Of a stretch of 64,000 nucleotides of DNA, positions 37,601 through 49,990 are shown piece after piece. Source of the DNA: Lama glama (taxonomy: Eukaryota); contig CM052816.1 of the NCBI GenBank assembly GCA_028534125.1, positions 55,368,001 to 55,432,000 on the forward strand, in the 5' to 3' direction. The position numbers were made by a program, and so were the translations under genes. The stretch's first letter is position 1, and every line of letters begins with the position of its first letter. Below the pieces are notes generated by a model that did no database searches, was not told the origin of the DNA, and saw only the letters and a program-made list of their open reading frames with translations.

Positions 37601-40600
37601 TAAATTATGATCATTTCTAATATTTGCCAACTGACTTAGTTAAAAAATGGTGACACTTTAGATTTATTTTATACTAATGCAATTGAATTTTTATGTGTAT
37701 GTTGAGCATCTATACTTCTGTGAAATTGCTGTTCATGCCCTTTGTCCTCGTTTCCACTGGGGCCTTAGTGTCTTTCTCATTGCTTCATAAGAGTGCTTTC
37801 TGTTTTCACTTATTGATTCATGTATTCAACCAATATTTATTATTGGCACCTACTCTAGGCCAGTTTTATAACCTTTGTTTCACAGATTATGACATATTTT
37901 GTTTTCATCTGCTTTCATATTTTGTACATAATGACTTTGATGTACAGGTAATTTTAAATTTTAAGTAGTTAAAGTCTATCAATGATCTCCTCTGGCTTTT
38001 GACTTTGGTACTAAAAGGCCTTATCTAGAGGCCATATGTAAAATCTGTGTATAATTTTCTTAATGATTTTATTTTTCATATTTAAATATTTTAACTATCT
38101 GGAATTTATTTCATGGTAAGTTATGAAGTAGAAATCTAATGTAATCATTTTTTCTTTTTAAATAGCCAGTTGTTTGAAATCTATAAGCTTTATTTCGCTA
38201 AAATACTTATATCAAATATAATATTCTTCCATTTACTAGGATATTTTTCTAGTTTGCCAATTCTCTTCTATGAATCTATCTATACTTTCTCATTCTAGGG
38301 TCCTACTGTTTTAATTATTTCTTTTGAGAATTACATTTCAATGTCTGGTCTCCTCTATTATATTGTTTTTCCCCAAAGACACTCTTCCAGGGGAACTTTA
38401 GAGTAATTTTGTTTGGGTATAAAAATAATAAAATTAGGATTTTAATTGGAATTAGTTTAAGGAGTTATACATTAATTTGGAAAGAACGTATATCTTTGTA
38501 ATTTTTATTCTTCCTAGTACCAAACATGATGTCTATTTACTCAGATCATTTTAATATTATTGAATAAATTTAGTATATGTTCTCATATTGGCCCTACACA
38601 TTTATTATTAAGCTTCATCCAAGTTATTTGGTGTTTTTGTTCTATCACAAATGAGATTCTCCCTTTGTAATTTCTACTTACTTGTTGCTAGCATGTAACA
38701 GAACAATCTTACCTTTATATTTATTTTTTAACTGGCAACCATCAGTTTCTCCCTTACTTTGGGGATTTCCTAGGTAATAGTATTATCATTTGCAAAGATC
38801 ATAAAAATAATTTTTATTTCTCTTTTCCAGTATTTATACTTAATTTTTTTCTCACATAATTGTAACAAAAACTTCTTCAAACCAACAGTGGTAATATCAG
38901 GATTTTTTTGTCTTCATCTTCTCATTAATTGCAATCTCTTCATTGCTTCAGTATCGACCATGATAGTAGACATGGAATTTTTTACTAAAAAAAAAAAAAC
39001 TCCCTCCCATTTCTACTTTCATTAAAATGCCTTTTCTGTATCTATCTGGATGATCATATACCTTTCTTCCTTTGGCCACTGATGGCATATTGCATGAATA
39101 GATTTCCTAATATTAAAGCATCCTTTCAATTCTGAAATAAACTCCACCTAATCTTGGCATATTATTTTCATATTTTGCTGTAGAATCAATTTTTTCTACC
39201 ACTTTAAAATCTGTATTTATATGAAGTTATTTTGTCATTTCTTCTGTCATATCCGCCAGATTTTGACATGAGGCTCATGTAAAGCTTGTTTAAGTAAGTG
39301 GAAAAGATTTCCGTCTTTTCTGTGCTCTACCACAGAATGAACAGAAGGAAAAAACTCTTCTCTAGATATTTAATAGAACTTGCTAACAACATTTATGTAC
39401 GTGTGACCTTTCCATCTTCTTAAGATATAACATTTTATTTTAAATTCCTCTCTCAATGCCTGTGTAGTAAAATTTTTCCATCACAATCTTTCTTCCTCAG
39501 ATATCTGTAATGGTTACTCTTTTATCCTCAGGCTTTTGATAGTAGAGAAACCCTGGTGCTTTTCTTTCCTGGTAGATAATGTTTTTAAATGCCTATGTAT
39601 AGATTTTTTTTTAATTTTTGAAAGTCAAAATATTTGCCATAGATGTGTCTAGGTGTTGATCTTATTTAATATTACCAGAACTTGTAGATCTCTTAATATG
39701 AAAACATTTAATGTTTAGTATTTGTTCAGCTCCAGAAAGTTTTTTAATCTTTTTATTTCCTGATTGTTTCTTTTTCTACATATGATCTGTTCTCTTTTCC
39801 TGAAATTCCTATTAACGTATATTAGATCTCCTGGCTCAGTCTTTCATTACTTACCTTTAAAATTTTTTCACATTGTTTTCATCTCTTTATTCCTCTGAAT
39901 CCTGGGTGGAATCAGGGGTTATCATTTACTTTATTGATTGAATTTTCTGCAACAGCAAATCTGATCTTCATTTAGGTTTTAAATATGACAATCAATTGTT
40001 TTTCTTCTGTGCTCTTCTTTCTGACCTCAGATGGCTTTTCATGATCACTGTATTTTTGTAGCTGGAACAGCCTCTTCTCTTTCATGTTAAGATCATAAAT
40101 TAAAAACTTGAACTTTTCCCCTCTATTCTGAACAGTAACTGAACTTCATAAGAAGACATCTGCACTTCAGCACAGCCCCCTCCTTTTAAACAACAGTATC
40201 TTTTTCTACATGTGATGGCTTTTGCCTGATTGCTCATCCTTAAAGAGGGATCTGTACTTGTTCAGTACTTGGAAGTGAGATGGATTCTGTCAAAGATCAT
40301 TTAGGTCTTCGTCCAAATCTTTCAGATTCAGATTAAAAATGAAGCGAAAGATTGAGACAATGTAATTTTCCGTTCTGAGCATAATACTGATCCGCCTGGG
40401 TCACTAAGCCAGAGCTAAAGCCAGAGGCGGTCACAGCAGGAAGAATAGTCCTCAGGCTGGCGCTGAGCTCGTGTCTATTGGACAGCCAGGAATCCGCTGC
40501 AGCAATGCCCCAGTTCCTTGTTTGGCACGTTTGTCCTCAGGAGGAGCCAGATGAGCCTCTTTGGGACAGATGTCCGTGTTTAGTGTTAAGCCAGGACCAA

Positions 40601-41169
40601 AATCATTCCCAGCCCCACCAAGTGTGGCAGGTCCCAGGGGCACATGCCCTCTCCCTGTTACCCAGTGCCAGGCCACCTCCCCACGAGTCCCCCTAAATAA
40701 GGGATGGAGAGGAGGTTCTACTGAGAACTATGTTCCCTGACATCCCAGTCAGCTAGCAGAAAGCCTTGATTCACATTAGCCCATCCTTCACTTCAGTCTC
40801 CTCTGCCCTACAGCTGACAAACTTCCTGGCAAATGGGGCCATCCTTGCATATTTTCCATCATCAGTCTCTAATATTTCTGTTTGACTATTTTATAAGAGT
40901 GTAAGTGGAAATCTAAGGAAGCAGGAGGCTTTTTGTCTGTGCTCCGTGAGTTTCTTATCCAGGAATCCCTCAGTTTCTTTCTAATCTGCACTTAGGAAAG
41001 TGGTAGTGTACATTGCTAATGGGGATGAGGGGAAAGCCACATCAAGTTTCTCTAAGAACATAAGGGAAAGTTATCTTCTTTACTAAAGGAAACCAGACAG
41101 ACAATTTTTCTACTCAGCCTGGTGATCTTCACAAGCAGTTTGTTTTCCTCCTCTCTCTTCTTGATTTAG

Positions 41170-41327
41170 AGAAACAATGCAGAGAAACTCAGATAAAGGG
41201 TGTAGTGGTAACTGCACATGGATTTTTCTAATAGACTGGACTTGCTAACGATCGAAATTTAGTTCTTTTTTTCAGCCTAAGCTGGCAGGACATATTTCTT
41301 CTGGCTGAGACAAAAGGTTACCACTAG
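41170..41327 (+). pseudogene. Decayed exon, N-terminal half of C-type lectin domain 1
   Basis: Strong pyrimidine tract + AG at 41168-41169, GT at 41328. Reads EKQCRETQIK/GCSGNCTW.../LDLLTIE/FFQPKLAG/TYFFWLR with frameshifts; compare PKD1 EPLCPSDTEIFPGNGHCY...RFLVSRV...VWIG. Confidence 0.5.
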
Positions 41328-41554
41328 GTACTGAAAAAACACAAATCTGATTTTTGATAGAATTCAGGCTGAATTAAAAAGAAACATTATTAAAGCAGTC
41401 CAAGTATAAAATTATTAGAGATACGAATGATTAAAGAGGAACATACCCAAATGTGTTTGGCATTTCTTTCTAACTAAAACTTGCAAGAAAATAAGTATTT
41501 ACTTTCTTGGTTGCTCTTTTTAGGTTTAACTGTTTTAATAAAATACTATTTCAG

Positions 41555-41702
41555 GTAAATAAAGAAGGCAAACTCACAATTGTGATAGGAATCTCTCAAG
41601 CAAAGTCTGCACCACGCGATTCATGCCAGGAACCAGAGAAGGCTCTTCAGGAGAGTGCTGCCAACAATCGTGGCCATGGAGTAGTGGTGGGAAGCAAGTA
41701 TG
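41555..41702 (+). pseudogene. Decayed exon, probable C-terminal half of C-type lectin domain 1
   Basis: ctatttcag acceptor, G|gtgagt donor at 41703. Reads GK*RRQTHNCDRNLSSKVCTTRFMPGTREGSSGECCQQSWPWSSGGKQVW (PG.....GE.C......SG...W pattern). Confidence 0.45.
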
Positions 41703-42300
41703 GTGAGTGGGTGCTCTGGAGCAGAAAGATGGTCTCTTGGCTCCATTATAACTTCCCTTTGATGTCACCACAACCCAGTCCTGGGACTCTGTGTCCTCAC
41801 CTCCAATTCCCTTCTCAACCCTCAGCACCATGACTTTCAACTCTCAACTCATGACATAACAGCTTTTTATTGGTGGGCACAGTGAAGAGAAAGTTTTTAA
41901 ATGAGTCTTGATGAACAAACTGTTTCAGTTAGTTCATTATCTCCTCTTCCAGGACCAAGTATTTTCTGAAGCCAGCAGCTAGGTTTCTTTAAGTCTGATC
42001 CCAGTACCATTTAACACAAGACTCCCTCCAGTCTTGCCCACTTCTGACCCGCCTAACGTACTGTAATCAAGTGCTCACTTCAGAGAACAAATGTCTTCAT
42101 GTTAATCTCCTGCTTTTATTTTTAAACACTCCTTCATAAATGGCAGAGGAAAAAAGTCTAGTCCCTAAAGAGTTTTATATTCAAGTATTTTATGAATTGG
42201 CTCAACCTCATCATTCCTGGGGGACTTCCCTGGGCCCTGCTGGCACAGGCTAGCTAATTCTCACTGCTCCTTCAGAATGTTATTTCTTACCCTCTAACAG

Positions 42301-42640
42301 ACCCAGCACACCCCCAGCTGGGTTATGCTGGGATTTAACTGTGGTTATCAGCCTGGCTGCTAGCAGAGGAAGTGGGTGGGCTCTTGAGGTGAGCACTGCC
42401 ACCATGCTGGACGGGACTTGGGCAGTGTGGATATGCTGCCCCTGCAGCTCTGAGATTTCAAAGGGGGCCACAGAGCCAAATTTCCCAGGGACATCCACCC
42501 AGATAACATCATCCTTATTTCAAGGTCCCAGGTTCGCCAGCCAGGGAAAGTCAGTGTAAAAGATCTGCCTTGGCTGGCAGTTTCTGTCTCTCTGAGGATC
42601 TTGATTCTAACCAACCAGCCTGGTATCTGCTCCTCATCTG
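42301..42640 (+). pseudogene. Decayed exon: start of C-type lectin domain 2, followed by PKD1-like linker sequence
   Basis: ttcttaccctctaacag acceptor. Reads DPAHPQ/SWVMLGFNCGYQPGC*QRKWVGS*GEHCHHAGRDLGSVDMLPLQ (cf. PKD1 AWLQAQEQCQAWAGAALAMVDSPAVQ), then SLFQGPRFASQG.../VSLRILIL..P..C (cf. PKD1 MVFPGLRLS...QLRLQVYR). Confidence 0.6.
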
Positions 42641-43292
42641 TGCCGGCTTTCACTGCAAGAGGCCACAGCAGATACACATAGATACTATTGTTAAATAAAT
42701 GAATAAATGAATAGCACTGAACTAGCAGTGGTTTGGGATTCCACCACAGAGGTCATTAAAAAACTTAAGTTTTGTATTACTTCTAAACAAAGCAGAGAAT
42801 ACAGATGAAAATATTAGAATCAATTTTTCTAGAAAAATATTCTCATTATCTGATAAATCATAACCATGAAGTATCAAACAAAGTATGTTTTTATAGTACT
42901 TCTCATGTCTTTTGTAAAACAAGAAACTGTAAATAGTATGTATAGATTACTACATTAGAATTATTTCACATAGAATAAAATAATGGGGAAATTCAAAGTT
43001 ACATTGTTTAGGGCTAATTATAAACCATTTTTAATGTAATGGGCAGAAAGCTGAATATGCCCAAATTTATATTTATCATGCATTGAAAACTAGAAGCTTG
43101 ATACACTTTAAAGAATCTTTAGTAAGCAAATTGAATTAGCAGAATAAAGTAACAGAAAACATAATGTGGGGTTCTGGAAAGCAATAGGAAGACATGACAT
43201 TTAACGTACCTAGAAAACTTGGGCACAAAATCTTGTTTGGTAAATGAACTATAATTTCACTATCAGAATGTTTGTCTTTAAAAATATCTCAG

Positions 43293-43396
43293 GCGTTAAT
43301 ATCACCAAGTGAATCAGAACCAAATAGTTGAGCAAAACCTCAAAATGTGAAGTCAAGACATTGCATAAAAACCTTTCTGACCCAGAGTAGCTGAAG
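43293..43396 (+). pseudogene. Possible decayed exon of the PKD1-like cysteine-containing linker
   Basis: AG at 43291-43292, AAG|gtaaaa donor. Fragments SPSESEPNS and KCEVK/HCIK, collinear with PKD1 GSEPES...WCPGANICLP. Weak. Confidence 0.3.
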
Positions 43397-43489
43397 GTAA
43401 AAAGGAGAAGTGAAAAAGCCACAAGTGAAAAATAAATGGCCCAAAACCTCTTAAATGTTCTATACAAATAATCAGATTATTTGCAAATA

Positions 43490-43798
43490 TAAGACCCCTA
43501 CATTTCCAATGTTAAAAGCAAAGGTAATAAGTACTCAAAAATTATGCCTTTCTAATTTCACAATTTTCTGTTATCTATGCCCCTAAGACAATACCTGCTG
43601 TGTCTCTACGGTGGAAATGCTGTTTAATGTTGTGCTACTATGCATCTCTACCCAACTCCGCAGTCAGTAACATCACGTTGGTAGCTTGAATTCCACCATG
43701 GAGAGAGTATCTACAACACAGAAACTGGAGAACACTATAAATCAGAGTTTTTTCTTCCTTCAGAGACCTGGTTGTTAAACATTTACCAGCACACCCTG
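43490..43798 (-). mobile_element. MER33-like hAT element
   Basis: cagtaacatcacgttggtagcttgaa...ggttgttaaacatttaccagcacacc. Confidence 0.65.
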
Positions 43799-43996
43799 GC
43801 AACACTCTTTCAGGCCCTAAAAATTTAAGAAAGGTCTCAGTCTTCCCTGACTCAGGACCGAAATCCTGAATATTCTGGAATCCACACCAGCTGACAGGTG
43901 AGGTCTGAGTCCACACTAACAGTGTTCGGTATGCCTGCTCTTTTACTGTTCCTGGAGCCAAGCACTGCATGGTGCCAACATCATAAAGAGTGAAAA

Positions 43997-44152
43997 AAAA
44001 TTTTTTAACATTTTTTATTGATTTATAATCGTTTTACAATGTTGCGTCAAATTCCAATGTAGAGCACAATTTTTCAGTTATACATGAACATATATATATT
44101 CATTGTCACATTTTTTTCTCTGTGAGCTACCATAAGATCTTGTGTATATTTC
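43997..44152 (-). mobile_element. Young camelid L1 3' terminus next to the gap
   Basis: Reverse complement of the 37320-37440 sequence type. Confidence 0.75.
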
Positions 44153-44652
44153 NNNNNNNNNNNNNNNNNNNNNNNNNNNNNNNNNNNNNNNNNNNNNNNN
44201 NNNNNNNNNNNNNNNNNNNNNNNNNNNNNNNNNNNNNNNNNNNNNNNNNNNNNNNNNNNNNNNNNNNNNNNNNNNNNNNNNNNNNNNNNNNNNNNNNNNN
44301 NNNNNNNNNNNNNNNNNNNNNNNNNNNNNNNNNNNNNNNNNNNNNNNNNNNNNNNNNNNNNNNNNNNNNNNNNNNNNNNNNNNNNNNNNNNNNNNNNNNN
44401 NNNNNNNNNNNNNNNNNNNNNNNNNNNNNNNNNNNNNNNNNNNNNNNNNNNNNNNNNNNNNNNNNNNNNNNNNNNNNNNNNNNNNNNNNNNNNNNNNNNN
44501 NNNNNNNNNNNNNNNNNNNNNNNNNNNNNNNNNNNNNNNNNNNNNNNNNNNNNNNNNNNNNNNNNNNNNNNNNNNNNNNNNNNNNNNNNNNNNNNNNNNN
44601 NNNNNNNNNNNNNNNNNNNNNNNNNNNNNNNNNNNNNNNNNNNNNNNNNNNN
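44153..44652. other. Assembly gap (500 N)
   Basis: Run of N. Confidence 1.
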
Positions 44653-44852
44653 CAACTGCAAGGTTTAGAACACCTGGAGCTTGTATTTTGTAACCATATT
44701 CCTCACATTACCTACTACGTGGTAATTCTTTTTTAGCTAAGAGTAGTACATGCTGAAGAAACTAAACAGAGAAATTAATGTAGAAATGAATGGTGGGGCA
44801 GCTCTCTATTCAATATTTTACTGTTAATTATAAATTTGCTGCATAATTTCAG

Positions 44853-44970
44853 TTCCTAAGGAAGCTTAAATTTTGTTCTAATTATGGGAGACGAGTGGTG
44901 TGTATCAGAAGCAGCTGCTGCAGAGAGAGTTTTTGCTAACAGTCATTTCCAAATTATATACACACAAATG
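44853..44970 (+). pseudogene. Decayed exon with PKD1-like REFL motif
   Basis: aatttcag acceptor. FCSNYG/...YQKQLLQREFLLTV versus PKD1 ACANG...YALWREFLFSV. Confidence 0.45.
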
Positions 44971-45559
44971 ATTCAGCTTTTTCTTTTCACTTCAACTTTG
45001 ATGTGTGTGGGTTTGTAATTTCTTCACCTACAATGTAAAGAGAACTCAGTTAATCTCTCAAGATTTTATCATGCCTAGTCACTTCATTTTCTCTAATCTA
45101 TGAATAGCTGTGCAAGATAACCCAGCTTAAAATCACTTTTTAAAATATAGGCATAGAAGGAAGGACAGAGAAGGGAAAAAGGGACTGAGGGAGAGGAAAG
45201 AGGGAAGAAAAAAGATGAAAAAGGAAACAAGGAAGGGATAAAAAAAAAGATGACTAGAGGAATGGAAAGAAGTTTGGACAGAGAGTAGACTACTAGAAGA
45301 GTACAGAAGGAAGAGAAAAATGCAACTTCCTGGGTTGTTTCTGCATTAAAACAACACATATTGACCTAACAATGAAGTGTTAGCTAAAATGTTATAGCTT
45401 GCAGTTAGACTTTCCAGGACCATTCCTGATTTCCTGTCCCCTAGTAACTGTGAGGCCTTGGACAAATTATTTTCCAAGCCTTAGATGCCCCATCTGTAAA
45501 ATGGAGTTAATGGTAATACCTGCCACCTAAGTCTGACATCAGCGAGAGGAAAATAAGAA

Positions 45560-45975
45560 ATATAATGGGATACCATCACACCTAGCAGATAAGCAAAAAT
45601 GTTATTACCCAATAACAGCAAGTGTTGTTGAGGAGGTCAGGAAAAAAAATTCTCATATAGTTGATGGGAATATAAAGTGGAGAGCAATTTAACAAGAGGA
45701 AAAGTTGGAAATGCACAAACTCTGACTCAGCTATTCCTCTCCTAGGATGTCCCCTAGAAAAACTCTTGTACATGTGAACAAAGAGACACGTACAAGAATG
45801 TTTACCACTGCATTATTTATAATTGCCCAAAATAGAAAAACTCCAACATCCCTTAACAGAAAAATTGATAAATGATAATATATCCATATAGTAGTGAAAA
45901 TGGATGGTGTAGAGCCACTTGTATCAATTTAGATGATTTTCTTGCACAAATTGTTAAGTAAGAAAAAAAAAGAAT
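45560..45975 (+). mobile_element. Old L1 3' fragment
   Basis: gactcagctattcctctcctagga...gaaaaactcttgtacatgtgaacaaagagacacgtacaagaatgttta. Confidence 0.7.
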
Positions 45976-46194
45976 CAAGTTTCAGGTTTTAGAATGTCAA
46001 GGCAGAATCATAATGGAATCAGAAGAGGAATGAATTTCACCCAGGGGCCTGAATATGAAGCTGGATACAATAACTAATGTAATCTTGGTCATACATAAGA
46101 TAGAAATTTTTTTTAATATTAGGATGAGGCATTTAAAATTCCACATGAAAATCCATGTGTGATATGGGAGGAGGGAAGTGAGCCTCAAAGCAGT

Positions 46195-47200
46195 AGAATG
46201 TGGTATTCGTTCTTTTTGTCTGCCCAGCATCCCTATCCTTTAATTTGTTAACCATAATTTTTGTTTCTGTCAATCATAATCCCCCTTGAACCTCTATCTC
46301 TGACCAGTGACTGAACGTAAAATCCAATCTAAATCAGACACCCTCTGTCTCCTAGGAGTTTGAGCCTCGGGTGGAATTGCAAAAAGATACAAAGTGACGC
46401 CAATATCCCCCAAGAGCGCACGACTGATCTGGTCACAGGCTGATTACACTGGACTTTCTCTTTCTAAAAGGAGTAGCAATTTAAAATCACTATAATTGAC
46501 ACTTATTTTGGATCTGGATTTGCCATGCCTGCCTGCTATGCTTTGCCAGTGAAACCATCCATGGTCTTACTCACCATCATGGTGTCCCATAAAATGTTGC
46601 TTCTGGTCAAGGAACTCCACCTACAAGGGAGGAGAGGCAATGGGACTCACTATTCTATACTCCACGTTGATGGTGGTTAATTCTGCATTACAGGATATAA
46701 CCTGCAGAACACTGCTGTGGAGCCGTGCAGAGCTAGATGCAGCTGGATTTGGAAATGTAGCAGTAACTGAAGAGATTTGGCCTATCTTTGGGAAGGCACG
46801 TGCATGCTTTCAGGTGTACAAAGAAAAGAGTTGCATTAAGTGTTTTTCCTTTCTTTCCTTCTCTTTATCAGAAGTAAACATGGGAAGTAAAGTGTGCTTT
46901 GATATTGGGCAGCCAATAAAATGGATTGTAGTCAAGCTTTTTTGGCTGCTGAACATTATCCCCTTCCCAGTGGGTCTCAGTGGGAGGCACATCACCTAGA
47001 GCATTTAGCTTCGGGGAAGGGAATCAGATGCTGAAACTGAAATTTTGGATGTGAAGCTAGAGATGCAGTGGTGAAATTTAGGTGGTGACAATGGCAACAA
47101 CACACTCTAAAATCTAAGGCCAGCAAAAGTTGGAAAGAGTCACTACTTACATTAATTCTGTCATGGACCCTATGGTGATGTCTTCAAATTATCTGGCCTA
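46195..47200 (+). mobile_element. Deleted ERVL/MaLR-type provirus remnant with integrase fragment (~46400-46650)
   Basis: WSQADYTG/ITIIDTYFGSGFAMPA/TIHGLTHHHGVP*NVASGQGT..REERQW corresponds to ERVL integrase (WQVDYIG...IDTYSGYGFA...HGIPHSIASDQGT...RQW). Outer boundaries approximate. Confidence 0.7.
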
Positions 47201-47540
47201 GGATTGATACATGTCACTTTCCAAAACTAGGCATAACTACATCTGGTATTTTTCAAAAAAGCACTTGATTGTAGAATAGTAACTGCACAACATGCGGCCC
47301 ATTCTCCCTGTAAGCTGCCATGCTTTTTATACGCACTTGACTATGAGGGAGCCTCAGGCATAATACTTTAAGCTGAGCCTAGAGGCTGAGCTGTACGGGA
47401 CTCTCATAGCCCTCCTGGCTACAGTTTAGCAACTCTGACCCCCGCACTCCCTGAGTTCTGCACCAAAGAACGAGTTATGCAGTCCCTACGGAAGTCTCTA
47501 TCTTATCATGTACATAACCTGCTGTGTGGCGCATTCTCAG

Positions 47541-47761
47541 GGAAGCTGTCACAGCCACGCTCCAGGGCTTAAGCATCACGGCTTCTCTGGAACTGTCGAT
47601 GAGGAGACAATCACGGCACAAGGATGGAATCAAAGGCTCACCAATTATCCCAAGAAAAAACACTGTCTCCCCACCCCGACCCATTCCTTGTGTTCAGATT
47701 TGGTTGTGGCCAAGGGTCAGAATGTGAGATGCCTGCTGTGGACATTACTACATAATAAAAG
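47541..47761 (+). pseudogene. Decayed kringle-domain exon (kringle 1)
   Basis: cattctcag acceptor. GSCHSHAPGLKHHGFSGTVDEETITAQGWNQRLTNYPKKKHCL/HPDPF...SECEMPA/CGHYYIIK fits kringle C....G..YRG.....CQ.W...YP...HC..PD...EC..P.C. Confidence 0.55.
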
Positions 47762-48839
47762 GTAAAATTTTTACATTTTGATTCAGCAACTTTGACTCTA
47801 TGCTTGAAAACAGCTGCATCATGATGGCATCATCAAAACGCCCCTGGGGTCCAAATAGCTGAGCCAAAACCATAGGTGAAGCCCTCTGCTTCACTTCCGT
47901 GTCTGTATGGCTCATGAACGTTGTGGGTGGCACGTCGGTTAGAAGCAGTCTCCTTGGATCCGCTTTCTGCTTTGCAGTGGCCTCAATGCCTTAAGTTACC
48001 CTTGGGGAGGGCAATGTCAGGGACTTTCTCCTTCCCAAACTGGCTTGCCACTTGAAGGAGGAGATGATCCTTGCTGTCTAGTGACCCACATAGGGATGCC
48101 ACTGTGGTTGCTTATTGACAACAGGTGTGTGGTAGGGTGGAAACTGAGGGCCCCCAACTCTAATTCCTTACTCCCACATCAGAGGGAAGACCTCACCAAG
48201 GGGCTGCGGTTGGAACAGAGCGGGTGTTGGGAGACTGTCTGAGTGTTTGCTTCTTTCCTAACTCTCTCACAGCCCTCTTCCTTTAACCTTTCCTCTTCTG
48301 CTAGCCCTGCTCCAGCCTCTGCCAGCTTCTCCCCTGGGGTCTACCACAATGCCCCATGAAAACAGTCAAGTCTCAATCCTTATCATTTCTCTCCAAGTCT
48401 TGCAGATTCTAGAACTCCAGGTGTTTAATGCCAGAAGGTTTCTACTGTGCACTGCTCGGCCAAGGGGAAGGGTGGGTTCTGTTGGCTCTGGGCTCGGGGA
48501 GGGGAGAGTGAGAGATGGAAGGTATCCTCTACTTTGGGCTCTAACACATTCCCTCTAAAAGGCTCTGAAACATTAAACACATTTTGTCATCATAACAATT
48601 AATTTTCACCCATAAACCCATATGATAAATTCATAGCATAACTTTGATGTTATTTTACACTAAAAAATATCACAGCCTTATTATGACTAGAATATTTGAT
48701 CCTTCTTGTGCTGGGTTACATGACAAAGCATCCTACATTAACTGACGATAAAACCTGCCATGCCCAAATTGACTCTGTTACTTGATTTCCCTCCTAACTA
48801 TGGGAGATAAGTGATGAGTATCTTTTGCCCCACTACACA

Positions 48840-48985
48840 TGTTATGGCTGTCTGACTGACCATGACTTTTTGATGAGCTATTATAAATGTCAAATTTGGT
48901 AAAATGGTAAAAGGTGCTGCTGGAAGTATGCATATGAAGTGAACATTCACAATTTTATCGTGGGTTATCATATAAGAAATCACCT
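48840..48985 (+). pseudogene. Possible decayed WSC-domain segment after kringle 1
   Basis: YGCLTDHDF.../KMVK/C/LEVC...QFYRGLSY resembles WSC Y.GC..D...MTV..C...C....YAGL.Y; needs several frameshifts. Confidence 0.3.
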
Positions 48986-49104
48986 GAATGGGCTGCTGTC
49001 TCACCCCCAGTATTTTCACATTTGCCAATGAGGAGCTGGTGTTCTCTACGATTTTATATGTGCCAGTCTGCTTTCCATCCCCTGACCTCCTACATGATTT
49101 TTTT

Positions 49105-49735
49105 CTAATTCTTATACATTAAGGTTCACTTTTTGTGCTGCAAAAGTTCTATGAGTTTTGACGAATGCACAATGGCATGTATCCACTATTACAGTACCAC
49201 ACAGAATAGTTTCACCACCCTAGCATCTCCTGCTCTTCACCTGTTCACCCCTCACTCCTCCTTTGAATCCATGGCAACCACTAATCTTTTCACTCTCTGT
49301 ATAGTTTTGCCTTTTCAAACTGTCATGTAGTTGGAATTAACATAGGATGTAGCATTTTCAGACTGGCTTCTTTCACTTGACAATATGCATTTACGTTTCC
49401 TCCGTGTCTTTTTATGGCTTACTCCTTAATAGCCCATTTCTTTCCATCACTGAATAATATTCTATTGTTTGAATATACCACCATTTGTTTATCCATTTAT
49501 ACATTGAAGGACATCTTAGATGCACACAGCTTTTAGAGACTATGAATAGAGCTGTTATAAACATTCATATGCAGGGTTTTGTATGGACGGAAATTTTCAA
49601 CTCATTTGGAGAAACATCTGAGAGAGTGATTTTTGGACGATATAGTAAGACTATGTTTGGCTTTTAAGAAACTACCAAACTGTTTTCCAATTAACTGGCT
49701 GTACCATTTTGCAATACTACCAGCAACAAATGATA
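49105..49735 (-). mobile_element. L1 (L1MC/MB-like) 3' end
   Basis: gttctatgagttttgacgaatgcacaatggcatgtatccac...cagactggcttctttcactt...tttatccattt. Confidence 0.85.
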
Positions 49736-49814
49736 GCTGAAAAAACAGATTTTTTTAAACTGCAAGAACAAATAACCTTCAATTACACAGAATCTCATTT
49801 CTATAAAACAGCTC

Positions 49815-49990
49815 TGTCATGAGAATTAGGTAGACACTCAAGTTTCCAAAGTTCATACTTTCTTGGGGGTAAATCATGAAATTCAATAACTCTGTGGAGA
49901 CAGGACTTATGCTTGAGGGAACAGAAGAGTATAATTCTTTGCCTTCCCTGCACAGCAAACACATTCTATGCACATTTACATTCACAGTTT
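49815..49990 (+). pseudogene. Possible decayed copy of the PKD1-like linker domain (N part)
   Basis: FPKFILSWG*IMKF/ITLWRQDLCLREQKSIILCLPC; same FP....G.I..F / WR / CLP order as the PKD1 linker. Confidence 0.25.

Larger units (their letters stand above)
37050..40150 (-). mobile_element. Long degenerate old L1 (L1ME-like) with younger inserts
   Basis: Strong T bias; antisense ORF2 motifs (gattttaattggaatt...cattaatttggaaagaac; atagatttcctaatattaaagcatcc). Confidence 0.6.

Noticed and set aside
44074..44736. Long ORFs of 183-204 aa
   Set aside because: Artefacts of translating the N gap.
46575..46702. Two minus-strand mini-exons with gtgagt donors
   Set aside because: The intervening intron would be only ~30 nt, and the + strand here is ERVL integrase/internal sequence.
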